A stretch of DNA of 64,000 nt. Origin: Chloropicon primus (lineage: Eukaryota). This document shows, piece after piece, positions 1 through 11,128 of this stretch. Made by a program: the position numbers and the translations under genes. The notes under the pieces are model-generated. The model searched no databases. It was not told the origin of the DNA and saw nothing but the letters and a program-made list of their open reading frames with translations. Location: positions 62,001 to 126,000 of the forward strand of contig CP060773.1 in assembly GCA_023205875.1 (NCBI GenBank), written 5' to 3'. Position 1 is the first letter of the stretch. Every line of letters starts with the position of its first letter.

Positions 1-378
1 AAACAAAATCAACTTCCTGCTTCTGGGTGGACGACTCGGGGCGAGTTCTTCGACGATTGAAAACGCATTGAGGAGAAGGAGAGAAAGAGGATGGGACTGG
101 ACGAAACTAGACCTCGAGATCTTTCCAACGAGCCCTCGATCGACTCGTTTGGTGCTCGGATGGGTCGAGGGATTGACTGGGAGGACTGGATGTGAAGCAG
201 AAACCACCCGAATGCCTAATCTTGTCGAGGACAGTGAAGAACGTGACAGCCATTAGAGGGGAAGAAGACCGCACTGAACGAATCATTGACTCGTGAACGT
301 TCCATAGGTCATTTGTGTGTCTCGTTTGACGTCTTGAGGGGCGGGTAGCTTGTTGTTGATGAGGATTTAGGGGAGAGG

Positions 379-1511
379 ATGTGGAAGGTGATGGGAGTTG
401 GTGGCCAACGGGCGACGCGTGCGTTGTGCAGGGGCCGCAGAGCGGCGTCCTCCACCGCATCGGCCTCATCGGCGTCATCGGCGTGCGGATCTCGGGGGCG
501 TGACGAGACAACCAGGGCGAGGAGGGAAGGAAGTGGTGAAATGTTTCAGGAGCTCGTGAGGTTTGTGGAGAGGAGGAACGAGCTCGTTGTGGTGACTGGT
601 GCAGGGATCTCGACAGAGAGCGGCATTCCGGATTACCGGGGACCTCAGGGTGCGTATTCGACCGGTTTCAAGCCAGTGATGCATCAGAAATTCGTGAGTT
701 GCGAGAGAACGAGGAAGGTAAGAGGTATTGGTTCTCGCCGTCTTAGGTGTGTCCGCGTCGTGGGGCTGACCAGCTTCTTTTTCTTCTTCTTCTTCTTTTT
801 CTTCTTCAGCGTTACTGGGGACGGAGCATGGTGGGGTGGGAGAAGTTTGCGAGATGCCGTCCAAACAGGGCACACTTGGCCCTCTCTCAACTCGAGTCGA
901 TGGGTAAAGTCTCTGGCATCGTCACTCAAAACGTCGATCGTCTGCATCACCTAGCGGGAAGCAAGCGGGTGCTTGAGCTCCACGGCACGACTCACGAGGT
1001 TGTGTGCTTGAATTGCACGTACAGGACGACCAGGAAGGAGTTCCAGGAGGAGCTGGAGAGGCTGAACCCGGCTTCGGGGGTCTGTGGGGCGGCGGGTGGC
1101 AGGCCGCCGCACACCACGTTTGAGGGGACGCCCGGCCTTCAGAGGCCGGATGGTGACATCGAAGTGGAAGTGGAGGAGAGGTTCCAGGTTCCCGTTTGCC
1201 CCAAGTGCGATGCAAGGAATGAGGTGGGGATGCTCAAGCCCGACGTGACTTTCTTCGGTGACAACGTACCGCCCTGGAGGCACGAGATGGCGACAAGCTT
1301 GGTCAAGAGCAGCGATGGGATGCTGATCGTGGGCTCGTCTCTCATGGTGTTCTCGGCGTTCAGGCTTGCGAAGCTTGCGCTTGATTCCGGGAAAGGTGTT
1401 GCTGTGCTGAACATGGGGGAGACCAGAATCGATGACCACGACAACCTTTTGAAGTACGAAGGGCCTATCGGCGAGACAATGCAGAGGCTGCAAAGGAGCA
1501 TGATTTTTTGA
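379..1511 (+). CDS. SRT2: NAD-dependent sirtuin, class II (SIRT4/SRT2-like); exons 379-717, 810-1511
   Basis: GAGISTESGIPDYRG, TQNVDRLH, ELHG, CxxC..CxxC and LKPDVTFFG motifs. Intron 718-809 (GTAAGA...GCTGAC...TTCAG) joins RTRK|RYWGRS in frame. Confidence 0.93.
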
Positions 1512-1555
1512 TGAAAAGTATTGGTATTAGAACTTGAACAAAAGTTTCCAAAATT

Positions 1556-3343
1556 CTACTGATCCAGCGTGAATAAAGGGATCTCGTCGTCAGCGGCGTT
1601 TCCTTGTGGGGTCCTTGCGCCAATATCGATCAACTTTCTGGAACACAAGTGAGACGAACGTGAGTCAGCCAGCAGAAGCAGGGGTGAAGAGAGAGTGTGT
1701 GAAAGTGAGAGAGAGCACAGAGCTCGGTGTGCTTACGTTGGCGCAGGGCTGATGTCTGTCTTGGCCGCAGCAGCGGCCTTGGCCGCGTTCTCTCGCATCT
1801 CCTTTTCCTCCTTCAACTTCCTCAGCTCCTCTCCGAGCTGCGCAAGCTGTGCCTTCAGCGACTGGATCTCCGCGAGTTTCTGGTTACTGGATCGCTGGGC
1901 TTCGTCGAGCGCCTGGGCCTTTGCCGCAGACGCTGCATCGAGCCTCTGCTGGATCGCCTGTGCGTGCTTTTCTCTCTCTTGGAGCTTTGTCTGGAGCTCG
2001 GCCTTGAACGATTCACTTTGTGCCGCCGCCTGCTTCAACCTTTGGATTTCGCTCTGCATGGCTTGGTTAGTAGCTTGCATGTCGCTGGCCTTTCTCGCCA
2101 GCGCCTCTTTCTCGGCTTGGGCGCCGGTCTGGTGCTCCTTCCTGAGGCTCGCGATCTTGCCCTCGTACTCCTGTGCCGTGGCTTGCTTGGCTTGGCTCAC
2201 GCGAGACTCCATCTGGCTCGACAACTTCTTCTGGTCGTCGAGCGCTTGGTTGTACTGCTTCTCGAGGGCGCCGTACTTGCCGCTCGCGGAAGAAAGCTGG
2301 TTCTTCATTTGGGCGACCTGGGCCTCCAACGCCTTGCCGGCATCCGAGCTCTTGGCTTTCGCCTCATTCAGGGACCTCTGGAGCTCCCCGCACGTCTTGG
2401 CGCTGGCGTCCTGGGCCGCCTTGAGATCCTGCGCGGCCTTTGCTTTCAACTCGCTCGCTTGCTTGGCCAACGCCTCCTTCTTGGACGCCTCGAGATCGGC
2501 CGTAAGCTTCTTCGCAGAGGATTTCACCTCCTCCAGGGTCTGCGAGGCTTGCTTCTTGAGGCTCTCCATCATCGACTCGTGCTGCTTCTTCGTCTGGGCC
2601 AGGACCGAGTGAACCTCCGCCTGCTTGGCCGCCAGCGCGTTCTTCATCGTGATGGCAGCCTCGTTCTCCAGCTTCTTCTTCTGGGCATCCAGAGCACCCT
2701 GCATCTCGGCGTGCATTCCCTCTTTCATCTTCGCTACGGCCTGCTTCTCCGCGTCGAGGGACTGCCTCCTCATGTCCTTCTGCTGCTGCTGGAGCTCCTG
2801 CTGCATCTGCGTCTTGAAGGCGGCCTCCATCTCGCCCTGCTGCTTGGCCAAGGCCTCCGTGGTTTTGTTGCCCATGCACTCCTCCACCACCGTCTTGATC
2901 GTGGAGATGTTCTTCTCGAACAGCTGGGTCAGGTTCTCCAGGGGCTCAGCCACCCTCTGCCCCACGGCCACGCTCACGGACTCGGCCACGCTCTTGCTGA
3001 GCGCGGCGACGTCCATCGCCGGGGGAGCTGGGGCCGGGGCAACGGGCTCGCTCTCGGCAGCGGCGCGCGTGGGCGTCTTGACGGCCTCAACCTCCTTCTC
3101 GAACGACACGGACTTCTCCACCCTCTGCCTCTTCCTGCCCTTGGTGGGCGTCACCGCCTCGAGCACCGCCTGCGCCGCTTTCTTGATCTGCTTCTTCACG
3201 CTCGGCTTCTTCGCCTTGGGCTCCGCTTTCTTCACCGCAGCCGTTTTCTTCACCGCAGCCGTTTTCTTCACCGTCGACAGCTTCTCGGTCGCCGCCGCGG
3301 CGGCCGTCCTCGAGCTGCTCCTCGTCGCCCTCGTCGCTGCCAT
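1556..3343 (-). CDS. Long coiled-coil protein with Lys-rich N-terminus; exons 3343-1737, 1637-1556
   Basis: 536-aa E/K/Q/A-rich ORF. Intron 1736-1638 (GTAAGC, GCTGAC, CAG) extends the frame to KLIDIGARTPQGNAADDEIPLFTLDQ*. Confidence 0.8.
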
Positions 3344-4050
3344 CCTTCCTCAAAGAGTAACAGTAACAGTAACGCACACCGACGACGTAACGTAACGCTC
3401 GCTCCCTTGGGCCAATTCTTTCGACCGACGGGTCTTTCGAAAGAGCAAAAGAAGACGCTCCGTGTCACGCCTCTCCCTTCCCTCCCTTCACCCGTCCCCG
3501 TTGCCGTCTTCGCGACAGAGATACAAAAGGTAGTCCGACGACGACCGCTTCCGTGCTCAGCCGTTACGTTTTGAGCGCGTTTTTTTTGATTTTTGAATTT
3601 TTCGACCGTTACATTTCTACTTTCACATTCTAAAGTAATACTTTTAGATTTCTGAAGGTCGAGAGGCAGAGCCACGAAATAGAAGGGAGAGAGAGAGAGA
3701 GAGAGAGAGGGAGTTGGTGCGTGTTTGAGCGGGTTCACAGGTCGGGATCAGTGGAATAAGGGGACGTGGTTCGACTCTTTCGAAAGTTCGTGTCGCGAGC
3801 TTTCGAAAGAACCCTTTTTTGACGTGTTTGAGTGATCGGAAAGGTTCCCGATTCGCTCGAGAGTGTCTGCAGCTGGAGGATTGACCTCTGGAGGGGTAAC
3901 TTGGAGGCGAGCGTGCGACCCGAGGAAGGGGAGGACGTCGAGGGAACGGGCGACGGAGCGAAAGATCATCTCGCGATCGTTCGAGTGGTGGGTCGCACGT
4001 GTGGGTTGAGCTCTCGGAGTGGACCGAGTTTTTGTTTTATTGAGAACTAG

Positions 4051-5161
4051 ATGTACTCGTTTTGTGGCCATCCTCGTGGTGTTGGCATCCCCTCGCGGCG
4101 AGGATGGTGCCACGGGAGGGTCAGGTGCTCCGCGTTCAACTTCAGAAGGTCGGGGAGTCCGGAGCACAGCGAGAGAGCCCACAGGGAGGTTGTTCTCTTC
4201 CTTGCTCAGAGGGAGGTGAGTAGCGAAGCGAGTATTCTCTATGCCATCCTATATACAGGTCCGTGGTGGGTTGCCGCTTCTGCGTCGGTGGACTAACCCT
4301 TTCCCTTTCCCTTTCCCTTTGCCTCTTCAGCTGGAGTCCGCGTTCCAGCGTTTGGTGAACATGGAGATGTACGAGGAGGCTAGGCAGGTCGCGTCTCAGC
4401 AAGAGAAGCTCCAGGAGCTCGCCTCGGAGGAGCTCGAGGGGGGAGGCGAGGAGGCAGGCTTGGGCGGGATCGCGAGCCTGTTCAAGAGGAAGCAAGACAA
4501 AGGCGCGGGGGAGGCGGAGGTCTCGCAGGACGACAGGAAACCTAAGCTGGACGACGGCGAGGTGGTCGTGAAGCTTTTGTCCCTGAGGACGGACTTGCAG
4601 AGAGCCATCGACGGGGAGGACTACGCGAGGGCCTCGGCGGTGAGGGACGAGATCCTGGAGATCGAGAACGAGGTCGAGAGGCAGAAGAAAGCTTCCAAGG
4701 ACCTCGCGCAGAGGGAACCAAAGTACTCGCTCGGGCAGTGCGTGGTGCACTGGCAAGACGGGTGGACTGGGGTGGTCTGCGGAATGCAGCAGGAGAAGAG
4801 GAAGAAGAGCGTGAAGAATCCTGACGAGGGATCGGTCCGGGAGGTAGAGGAGCTCGTTTACAGCTATCACGTGCTCCCATCCTCGCAGTACTGGAAGAAG
4901 AGGTCGAGCGAGGGCGTCTGCGTCGCGCTGGTGGACGAGAGCGAGCTCAACGCCCCCCAGCCCCCCGCCACTTGGAGGTCCGTCCACGGCAGCGACCCCG
5001 AGAACTTTCTCATTTACCACCCCTACATGTATCTCCTGTTCTACGGCCAGGACGGGGAGGGAAACTACGTGCCGAGCAAGAAGCTCAGGGACAAGTACAA
5101 GAAGCAGAGGAAGGACGTCTACTGGAACGGCGGCTCATCAAGCGAGGGTGAAGACGCGTAG
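4051..5161 (+). CDS. CLPF: Plastid Clp protease adaptor ClpF-like (N-terminal domain, UVR motif, YccV-like domain); exons 4051-4215, 4331-5161
   Basis: Transit-peptide-like start; LQRAIDGEDYARASAVRDEI (UVR); PKYSLGQCVVH...HPYMYLLFYGQDGEGNYVP. Intron 4216-4330 (GTGAGT, GACTAAC, CAG) is in phase 0. Confidence 0.82.
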
Positions 5162-5225
5162 CAGCAAGGGGGAAAAAAGTTTTTTTGTTTAATTTTGTTT
5201 AATACCCACTACATTTTTGTCCCAC

Positions 5226-7577
5226 TCAAGGGTGGTTAGTTGTATCCGTCCCTTCTCTCGTCGTCGTCGCCGTCGTCGTCGTGGCCGCGTTTCCCGGCGA
5301 TTCGTCTCCAGTCTTCCTCTTGAACATGTTCAGTTTCGAAAATTGCTGCGCCAGCTTCGCTTTTGGGCTGCCGGACGAGTTCTTCAGCCTGCCAATCTCC
5401 GCGAGCTGCTTGCCTATCTTTTCCTGCAGCATGTAGACCAGGTCGTCCTTGGTTTTCAGGTCCTCGAGTTTCTGGTTCAGCTCCTTCTCCAAGGCGTCCA
5501 CGGACCCCAGGAGCTTCAGATTCTGTTTCTCCACCACCTCAAGCGCCTTTGCTTGCTCCATCTGCAGCTGGTCCTTCTCCCTCAAGTCTTTATTCATTCT
5601 CGCGACAATACCGATGAGGTCCACCACCTGCTTCTCAAGATAATACCTCACGGACGTAAGCTGCATGATTTGCTCGTTCATGCTGTCCTGCTGCAAGGCA
5701 GGGTCCCCGTTCCTCGCAGTCCCGCTCCCTCCGTGAGGAATCATCCCCGTGGACACGTTTCTCCTCACGCTGTTGTGCCTGCTGAAGGGCGAGAGGAGCC
5801 CAAAGGAACCGTGGGAGCCCAGAAAACGCCGCCTGAGATGTCTTGCCGATGCGCTTCCAGAAGCATTCGACCTCGCAGAAGACAGGCTTGACCTGTCGCT
5901 GATGCCGCCCATATCGACGATGCCATCCTCCCCCTCCATCTCAGCGTGCGATGACGTGCCGTTGTCCAGCGACCTCAATCCAAGTCTGTCCCTAACTTTG
6001 GCGGCCTCTGGAGTTTCCAGGGCGGGGTCCACAGCCCCCCCGGTGTAGGACGAGACTGGGTCCGGGACTCTCTTGTTCCCAAAAGTGGTGGTCACAATGG
6101 GGCGGTAAAGGTCTCGGTAAGGCTCGAGCTTGTTCTGGCTCACGTCGCTGAAACCCTGGCACGCAATTGTCACGAGCTGGGAGCTATCGAACGACTGGAC
6201 GGCCATGGACTGCAAAAGCACAATCAGTTGGGTGGGGTCCTTGCACTGGATCAGGGACCTCGAGTGAATATCGACCAGGGCCAAGGTGAACTTGAAGAGC
6301 AAGCTGCTCTGAACGAGTGCGGAATCCTCTTCTTCCATGTCAGGGAAGAGCAGGACATCCCACGTCCGCAGCAGCGTGGTCCATGGCAAGGCATTCGCGA
6401 AACCGCAAAGCAACCAGGACGAGCTCACGCACGCCAAGGAAACACCGAGGTTGTCCATCTGCGTGGCAACTGTTGGGAACTTCTCCTCCAAGAGCTGCTG
6501 CATCACCAGCTGATCCACCTGGAGCTCCACCATATCCTCTGTGTAATACCGGGCCAACACTCTGCTGCACAGGGAATCAAAACACCAGTAGGAGTGGCTC
6601 TCTAGAAGGAGGTCATCTTCTTCCCTGGGTTGTGCTTCGCCACCCTCGTTCGCGTCAGTCAATATGATGAGAAATAACCCAGCCACGAAATTCATGCCTT
6701 GGCAATAACCAACGTCAGGGTGGTGCCTGCAGTAGGCCTTGAGCACTCTCATCAGCGACCCGGATTCCCCGAACTCTCTCGCTTGCTTATGCGCGGGAAG
6801 CGTCCTTGGTATGTCCTTGTTGATGACCTTGAGGTACGGCAGGCTGGGGTCCTCCCCATCCTTCTTCTCGAACTCCTCGTCCGAGCACAAGTACTTGTAG
6901 GCCTCCAGGCTGCCCCAGCTGAAGCCACCCAACTCATCACCAGACCGCTGCTCTTGCTCCGACTGCCTCTCCTCGACTTGCAGGAAAACCTGCCACAGCA
7001 CCCCCCTCGCTTGGTTGGGCACACCACTCTGCACCAGCATCCTGAGCTCCCGTATCGCAACATCCACGACCTCAGCAAGGCCGTCCCCTTCCCCGCTCCC
7101 ATTCTCCGCCCCACCGTTACCCTCGGCTTGCCTCTCCCTCTCTCTCTCTCTTATCGTTGCAGAGGACTTGAGCACAAAGTTCACGCTCGCGATCAGCTTC
7201 TCCATATCCAGCGCCGATGAGCCCAACCCCTCGTCGTCGCCATTGCTCGCACTCGTCGATCCGGCATCCTTTGGCGCGTACTCCTCCGCAAACCTCACCC
7301 ATCGGCTCACCCTCTCCCTCTCCTCCTCCTTGAGCACCGGCTCAAACCGCTTGTAGGTCTCCACCTGCTCCTTCCTCAACTCGAAGCCATGCAAGTCCCT
7401 CGCACTCAAAGAAGCCTCCCTCTCCCTCCTCACCCTCTGTGGCTTCAACTCCTTCAAATCATCCACCGTGTCCTCGCCCTCCCCTCCTTCGTCCGCCGCC
7501 ACCCTCCCTCCCCTCCACGTCTCGAACCCATCGAGGTCCTCGAACTCATGGTCTCCTCCCTCCGCTTCACTCGCCAT
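5226..7577 (-). CDS. TBC-domain Rab GTPase-activating protein with C-terminal coiled coil
   Basis: GVPNQARGVLW, INKDIPRT (R-finger) and VGYCQGMNFVAG (Q-finger) in an intact 783-aa ORF. Confidence 0.92.
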   Translation of the reverse strand: MASEAEGGDHEFEDLDGFETWRGGRVAADEGGEGEDTVDDLKELKPQRVRREREASLSARDLHGFELRKEQVETYKRFEPVLKEEERERVSRWVRFAEEYAPKDAGSTSASNGDDEGLGSSALDMEKLIASVNFVLKSSATIRERERERQAEGNGGAENGSGEGDGLAEVVDVAIRELRMLVQSGVPNQARGVLWQVFLQVEERQSEQEQRSGDELGGFSWGSLEAYKYLCSDEEFEKKDGEDPSLPYLKVINKDIPRTLPAHKQAREFGESGSLMRVLKAYCRHHPDVGYCQGMNFVAGLFLIILTDANEGGEAQPREEDDLLLESHSYWCFDSLCSRVLARYYTEDMVELQVDQLVMQQLLEEKFPTVATQMDNLGVSLACVSSSWLLCGFANALPWTTLLRTWDVLLFPDMEEEDSALVQSSLLFKFTLALVDIHSRSLIQCKDPTQLIVLLQSMAVQSFDSSQLVTIACQGFSDVSQNKLEPYRDLYRPIVTTTFGNKRVPDPVSSYTGGAVDPALETPEAAKVRDRLGLRSLDNGTSSHAEMEGEDGIVDMGGISDRSSLSSARSNASGSASARHLRRRFLGSHGSFGLLSPFSRHNSVRRNVSTGMIPHGGSGTARNGDPALQQDSMNEQIMQLTSVRYYLEKQVVDLIGIVARMNKDLREKDQLQMEQAKALEVVEKQNLKLLGSVDALEKELNQKLEDLKTKDDLVYMLQEKIGKQLAEIGRLKNSSGSPKAKLAQQFSKLNMFKRKTGDESPGNAATTTTATTTREGTDTTNHP

Positions 7578-7847
7578 CCCTCGCGCGAACCCCTTCGTGC
7601 GACCACTCGTTCGAAAGAGAAGGACGAGACGCTCGTGATGATACCGACCTCCCTCGACGCTTCGTCCTCTGCCGACCGCGCTCGCCGCTTCTCCGCCGAC
7701 CGCTCCCTCGCTTCCCTCGCGCGCGCGCTCTCAAAGGGAGTGGGAGGAGGCAGCGGCGCGCGAGGGAGAGGAGAAGGCGAGGGGAAGGCGCGAGAGAGAG
7801 GGGGAGGGGGAGGGGGGAAGCGTCAATCGAAGCGTCTCATCACGGGC

Positions 7848-7871
7848 TTTCGAATGAGCCCTCACTCGAAA
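7848..7871. promoter_or_regulatory. 24-bp palindromic promoter element TTTCGAATGA-GCCC-TCACTCGAAA (representative copy)
   Basis: Related copies at 3419, 8026, 20493, 31924, 39654, 54337 and 63072, all in upstream intergenic DNA. Confidence 0.7.
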
Positions 7872-8118
7872 GGTGTAACGCTCGGGTGAGGCGTTGACGC
7901 TCAGAAGAGGAGGTGGTTCACGATAGGGAGAGGCAGGGGAGGGGGGCAGAGAGGGGGGGAGGAGAGAGAGGGAGAGGGAGAGGGGAAGGTGTGCGCCAGA
8001 GGAGTGGCATTATTGTGTCTTGGTCTTTCGAATGAGCCCTCACTCGATTGGTGTAACGCGCGGTGGAGGGTTCGGCGAGCGAAACGGCTGAAACGGATTG
8101 CAGAGAGGCGAGGAGGCC

Positions 8119-10176
8119 ATGCGAGTGGCAGGAGGGCAGAGGAGGGTGGAAGCAGCGGTTCATGGGAGGAGGGAGCGCGTGGGATGGAGGAGGATATCGT
8201 CAGTGAGGTTGTCCCGGAGTTTCAGGGCTTCAGGTTCCTCAGAGGGTGGCGAGAAGGTTGGATTTCTGGGTGAACTGGAGGAGGAGATCGAGGAGCTCAA
8301 GAGGAGGAACAAGGAGTTGCGGAGGAGGATCACGAAGAGGGAGGAGCAGGGAGGGGCCATCAAGTGCGAGACCCCCGGACACGGGAGCCCACGGCACGTG
8401 AGCTCGCTCGCAAGTAACGATGCCGGGGCGCTGGTGGAGAGGGGGTTGAGCGAGAGTCGGGATGGCGGGCTTCCTCCACGGTTTGGCCTGGATGTCATCT
8501 ACTGCTCAGCCGAGGTGGCGCCTTTTAGCAAGACAGGCGGACTGGCGGATGTTGCCAAGTCCCTTCCCATAGCTCTGGCAGAGAATGGCGGGCACAACGT
8601 CACGGTCGTGTCTCCGCTTTACGCGTTCGTGAAGGATCGGTTCGTGTGGGAAGGGGAGGACGGGGGAAGGGATGTGCCCTCTTCGCTCAGGTTGAGCTGC
8701 GTTTGCGAGAACGTCACGCTTGACATGGCGAAGAGTGGGAAGCAGAACGTGAAGTTTTATGGCACCAGGTGGTGCGACGTGGACTGGATTTTTGTCGACC
8801 ATCCATGTTTCCAGAGGGCGGGGGGGCCGTACGGGGACGAGGGGGGCGCCTTCATCGACAATGCTTTTCGCTTTTCCTTGCTTTCCCTCGCTAGCATAGA
8901 GCTGCCCTTGCAGTGGTGGTCCTCGATCGAGAAGAGGAGGGACGTTCGGTCCGACAGCATTCTTTTCATGGCGAATGATTGGCACGCCGCGATGGTTCCT
9001 GTGTACCTCAAGGCAAAGTTTAGGGGGAACGGAGTCTTGAAGAACTGCCGGTCAATTTTGTGTATACACAATCTGTTCCACCAAGGGGCACTCGCTCCCA
9101 GCACGTACTCGATGCTTGGGCTCCAAGACAAGCATTATTCGGTGTTCGACCACGGGGTCCTCGGCTCCTCTTTCTCTCCGGAGGTCACCCAGAGGGGCTC
9201 GTTCTCCATTTACGACGACGACGAGGAGGACTACGAGGAGGAGGGCCTCGCGGCAGAGAGCGAACCTGGTATTTTCGATGGCAGAGAGCGGTGCCTCAAC
9301 GTCCTGGTGGCCGGAATTCGCACGTGTGATAGAATTGTTACGGTCAGCTCAACGTACGCTTGGGAAATTCTGTCTCGAAGAGGCTACGGTTTCGATTTTG
9401 GCTTGAGCGAGGAGCTCAGGAAGAGAAAGGATGATTTGCACGGAGTGATCAACGGGATTGGTGACGAGTATGATCCTTCCACCGACACCAGGATCCCTTT
9501 CAATTTCTCTGCCGAGGATCTTGCTGGCAAGCGAAGGTGCAAGGAAGCTTTGAGGCAGGAGCTTGGTCTGGAAAGTGCCCAGGCGCCCTTGATAGGCTTC
9601 ATCGGAAGGCTTGACGCGCAGAAGGGCGCCGACGTGTTGCTCGAGTCGCTGCCTGCCCTCTTTGAGGCCAACAAGGAGGCCCAGCTGGTGATGCTCGGGA
9701 CGGGGGATCCCCTCCTCGAGCAAAGGATCAGGTCCGCCCAGCAGAGCTTTCCCAGCAATCTCCGTGGAATTTTGGCCTTCGACGTCGACTTGTCGCACAG
9801 AATTTTCGCTGCCTGTGATATTCTCGTCATGCCGTCGACGTTCGAGCCCTGTGGACTGAACCAGATGATTTCCCAAAAGTATGGAACTGTCCCAGTCGTG
9901 CACAGAGTTGGCGGGCTGAACGACACGGTGGAGGACTTTAACCAGAAAACGAGAACGGGGAGCGGGTTCACGTTCTCTCCTTGCAATCAGCAGAAGCTCC
10001 TGGAGACGCTGACTTTGGCACTGACCGTCTTCGAGAATGACCCAGGCAAGTGGTCCCACCTCGTCAGGACCTGCATGGGCATCAACCACTCGTGGAAGCT
10101 CCCCTCCTTGCAGTACGATCTCATCATGAATTGGACGATGGACACGAAGATCAATCAAGAGGGAGAGAGAGAGTAA
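8119..10176 (+). CDS. Soluble starch synthase (GT5), SS1-like
   Basis: EVAPFSKTGGLADV, DWIFVDHP..YGD..AF.DN.FRF, ANDWH, FIGRLDAQKG, PSTFEPCGLNQM and VGGLNDTV. First ATG is at 8119. Confidence 0.93.
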   Translation: MRVAGGQRRVEAAVHGRRERVGWRRISSVRLSRSFRASGSSEGGEKVGFLGELEEEIEELKRRNKELRRRITKREEQGGAIKCETPGHGSPRHVSSLASNDAGALVERGLSESRDGGLPPRFGLDVIYCSAEVAPFSKTGGLADVAKSLPIALAENGGHNVTVVSPLYAFVKDRFVWEGEDGGRDVPSSLRLSCVCENVTLDMAKSGKQNVKFYGTRWCDVDWIFVDHPCFQRAGGPYGDEGGAFIDNAFRFSLLSLASIELPLQWWSSIEKRRDVRSDSILFMANDWHAAMVPVYLKAKFRGNGVLKNCRSILCIHNLFHQGALAPSTYSMLGLQDKHYSVFDHGVLGSSFSPEVTQRGSFSIYDDDEEDYEEEGLAAESEPGIFDGRERCLNVLVAGIRTCDRIVTVSSTYAWEILSRRGYGFDFGLSEELRKRKDDLHGVINGIGDEYDPSTDTRIPFNFSAEDLAGKRRCKEALRQELGLESAQAPLIGFIGRLDAQKGADVLLESLPALFEANKEAQLVMLGTGDPLLEQRIRSAQQSFPSNLRGILAFDVDLSHRIFAACDILVMPSTFEPCGLNQMISQKYGTVPVVHRVGGLNDTVEDFNQKTRTGSGFTFSPCNQQKLLETLTLALTVFENDPGKWSHLVRTCMGINHSWKLPSLQYDLIMNWTMDTKINQEGERE

Positions 10177-10430
10177 AGCAGTTGTTCCTGATGTAATCCA
10201 TCCATCCATAAGAACTGAAAACGAAACGAACCAATCACCCCGCCCTCATCCATCCTCATGGTAGCCAAGGTGCTCGCTCTTTGAAAAGGGGGGAAGAAGA
10301 CACAATCCATCAGGAGATCCACCTTTCCATCTTTCCCTATCATCCCTTTCCCTTCCACCACCGCCATCCTATCCTCCTCCTCCCTCGCCCGATTGCAGAT
10401 CTCCCTCGGGCTCAAACCAATTGATCGACC

Positions 10431-11022
10431 ATGGCGACCACGGCCTCCGACAGGTTGCTCGTGAGCTCCCAGTAAGTCACCACAAGAGGAAGAGGAGGAG
10501 AGGAAGAAGAAGAAGATGATGATGATGAAGCGGTATCACTCCCTTCCTTCCTCTGTCTCTGTCGTGGCATGGAACCTCCTCCTCTTGAGAAAGAAAGAAA
10601 GAATGAAAGAATGAAAGCTAACCCTTGCTTTGTTTTGTTTTGTTCATTAGGCTCGAGCACTTGCAGGCGAAATACGTCGGAACAGGGTGAGTCAATCGTG
10701 ACATGAATTGCATCCATCTTGCTTCTCTCTTTCTCATCGCATGCTGACTGTTTTGTTTCTCTTCTTCTCGGGATGATCCTTGCTCTTGCTCTTGATATTG
10801 TGGGTTTGTTGGAATGGGATGGGTTGTAGGCATCCAGACCTTCACAGGTATGATTGGTTGTCGAACATTCAGAGGGACACTTACGCATCAATGGTGGGCC
10901 ACCACAACATGATGACCTACGTGTCTCTCTGCGAGAACGAAAGCATCGGGAGAACGAGGTACAAACTCCTGGAGAAGATGTTTTTGCCATGTGGGAATCC
11001 ACCGGAGAGGGAAGAGGATTGA
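10431..11022 (+). CDS. SF3B5: Splicing factor 3B subunit 5 (SF3b10); exons 10431-10471, 10651-10686, 10830-11022
   Basis: Spliced product MATTASDRLLVSSQLEHLQAKYVGTGHPDLHRYDWLSNIQRDTYASMVGH...ENESIGRTRYKLLEKMFLPCGNPP matches SF3B5. Two GT-AG introns restore the frame. Confidence 0.94.
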
Positions 11023-11128
11023 GTTGAAGGAAGGGGTTTGGATGTAATATACGACTTGTGAGGTGACAAAGATAGGCTGAGGTGCCGTGATGGATGGCAA
11101 ACAGATACAATTACAAGTCCCAAAACGC

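Noticed and set aside
1727..3574. 615-aa Leu-rich plus-strand ORF and overlapping ORFs
   Set aside because: Antisense mirror of the E/K/Q-rich coiled-coil gene.
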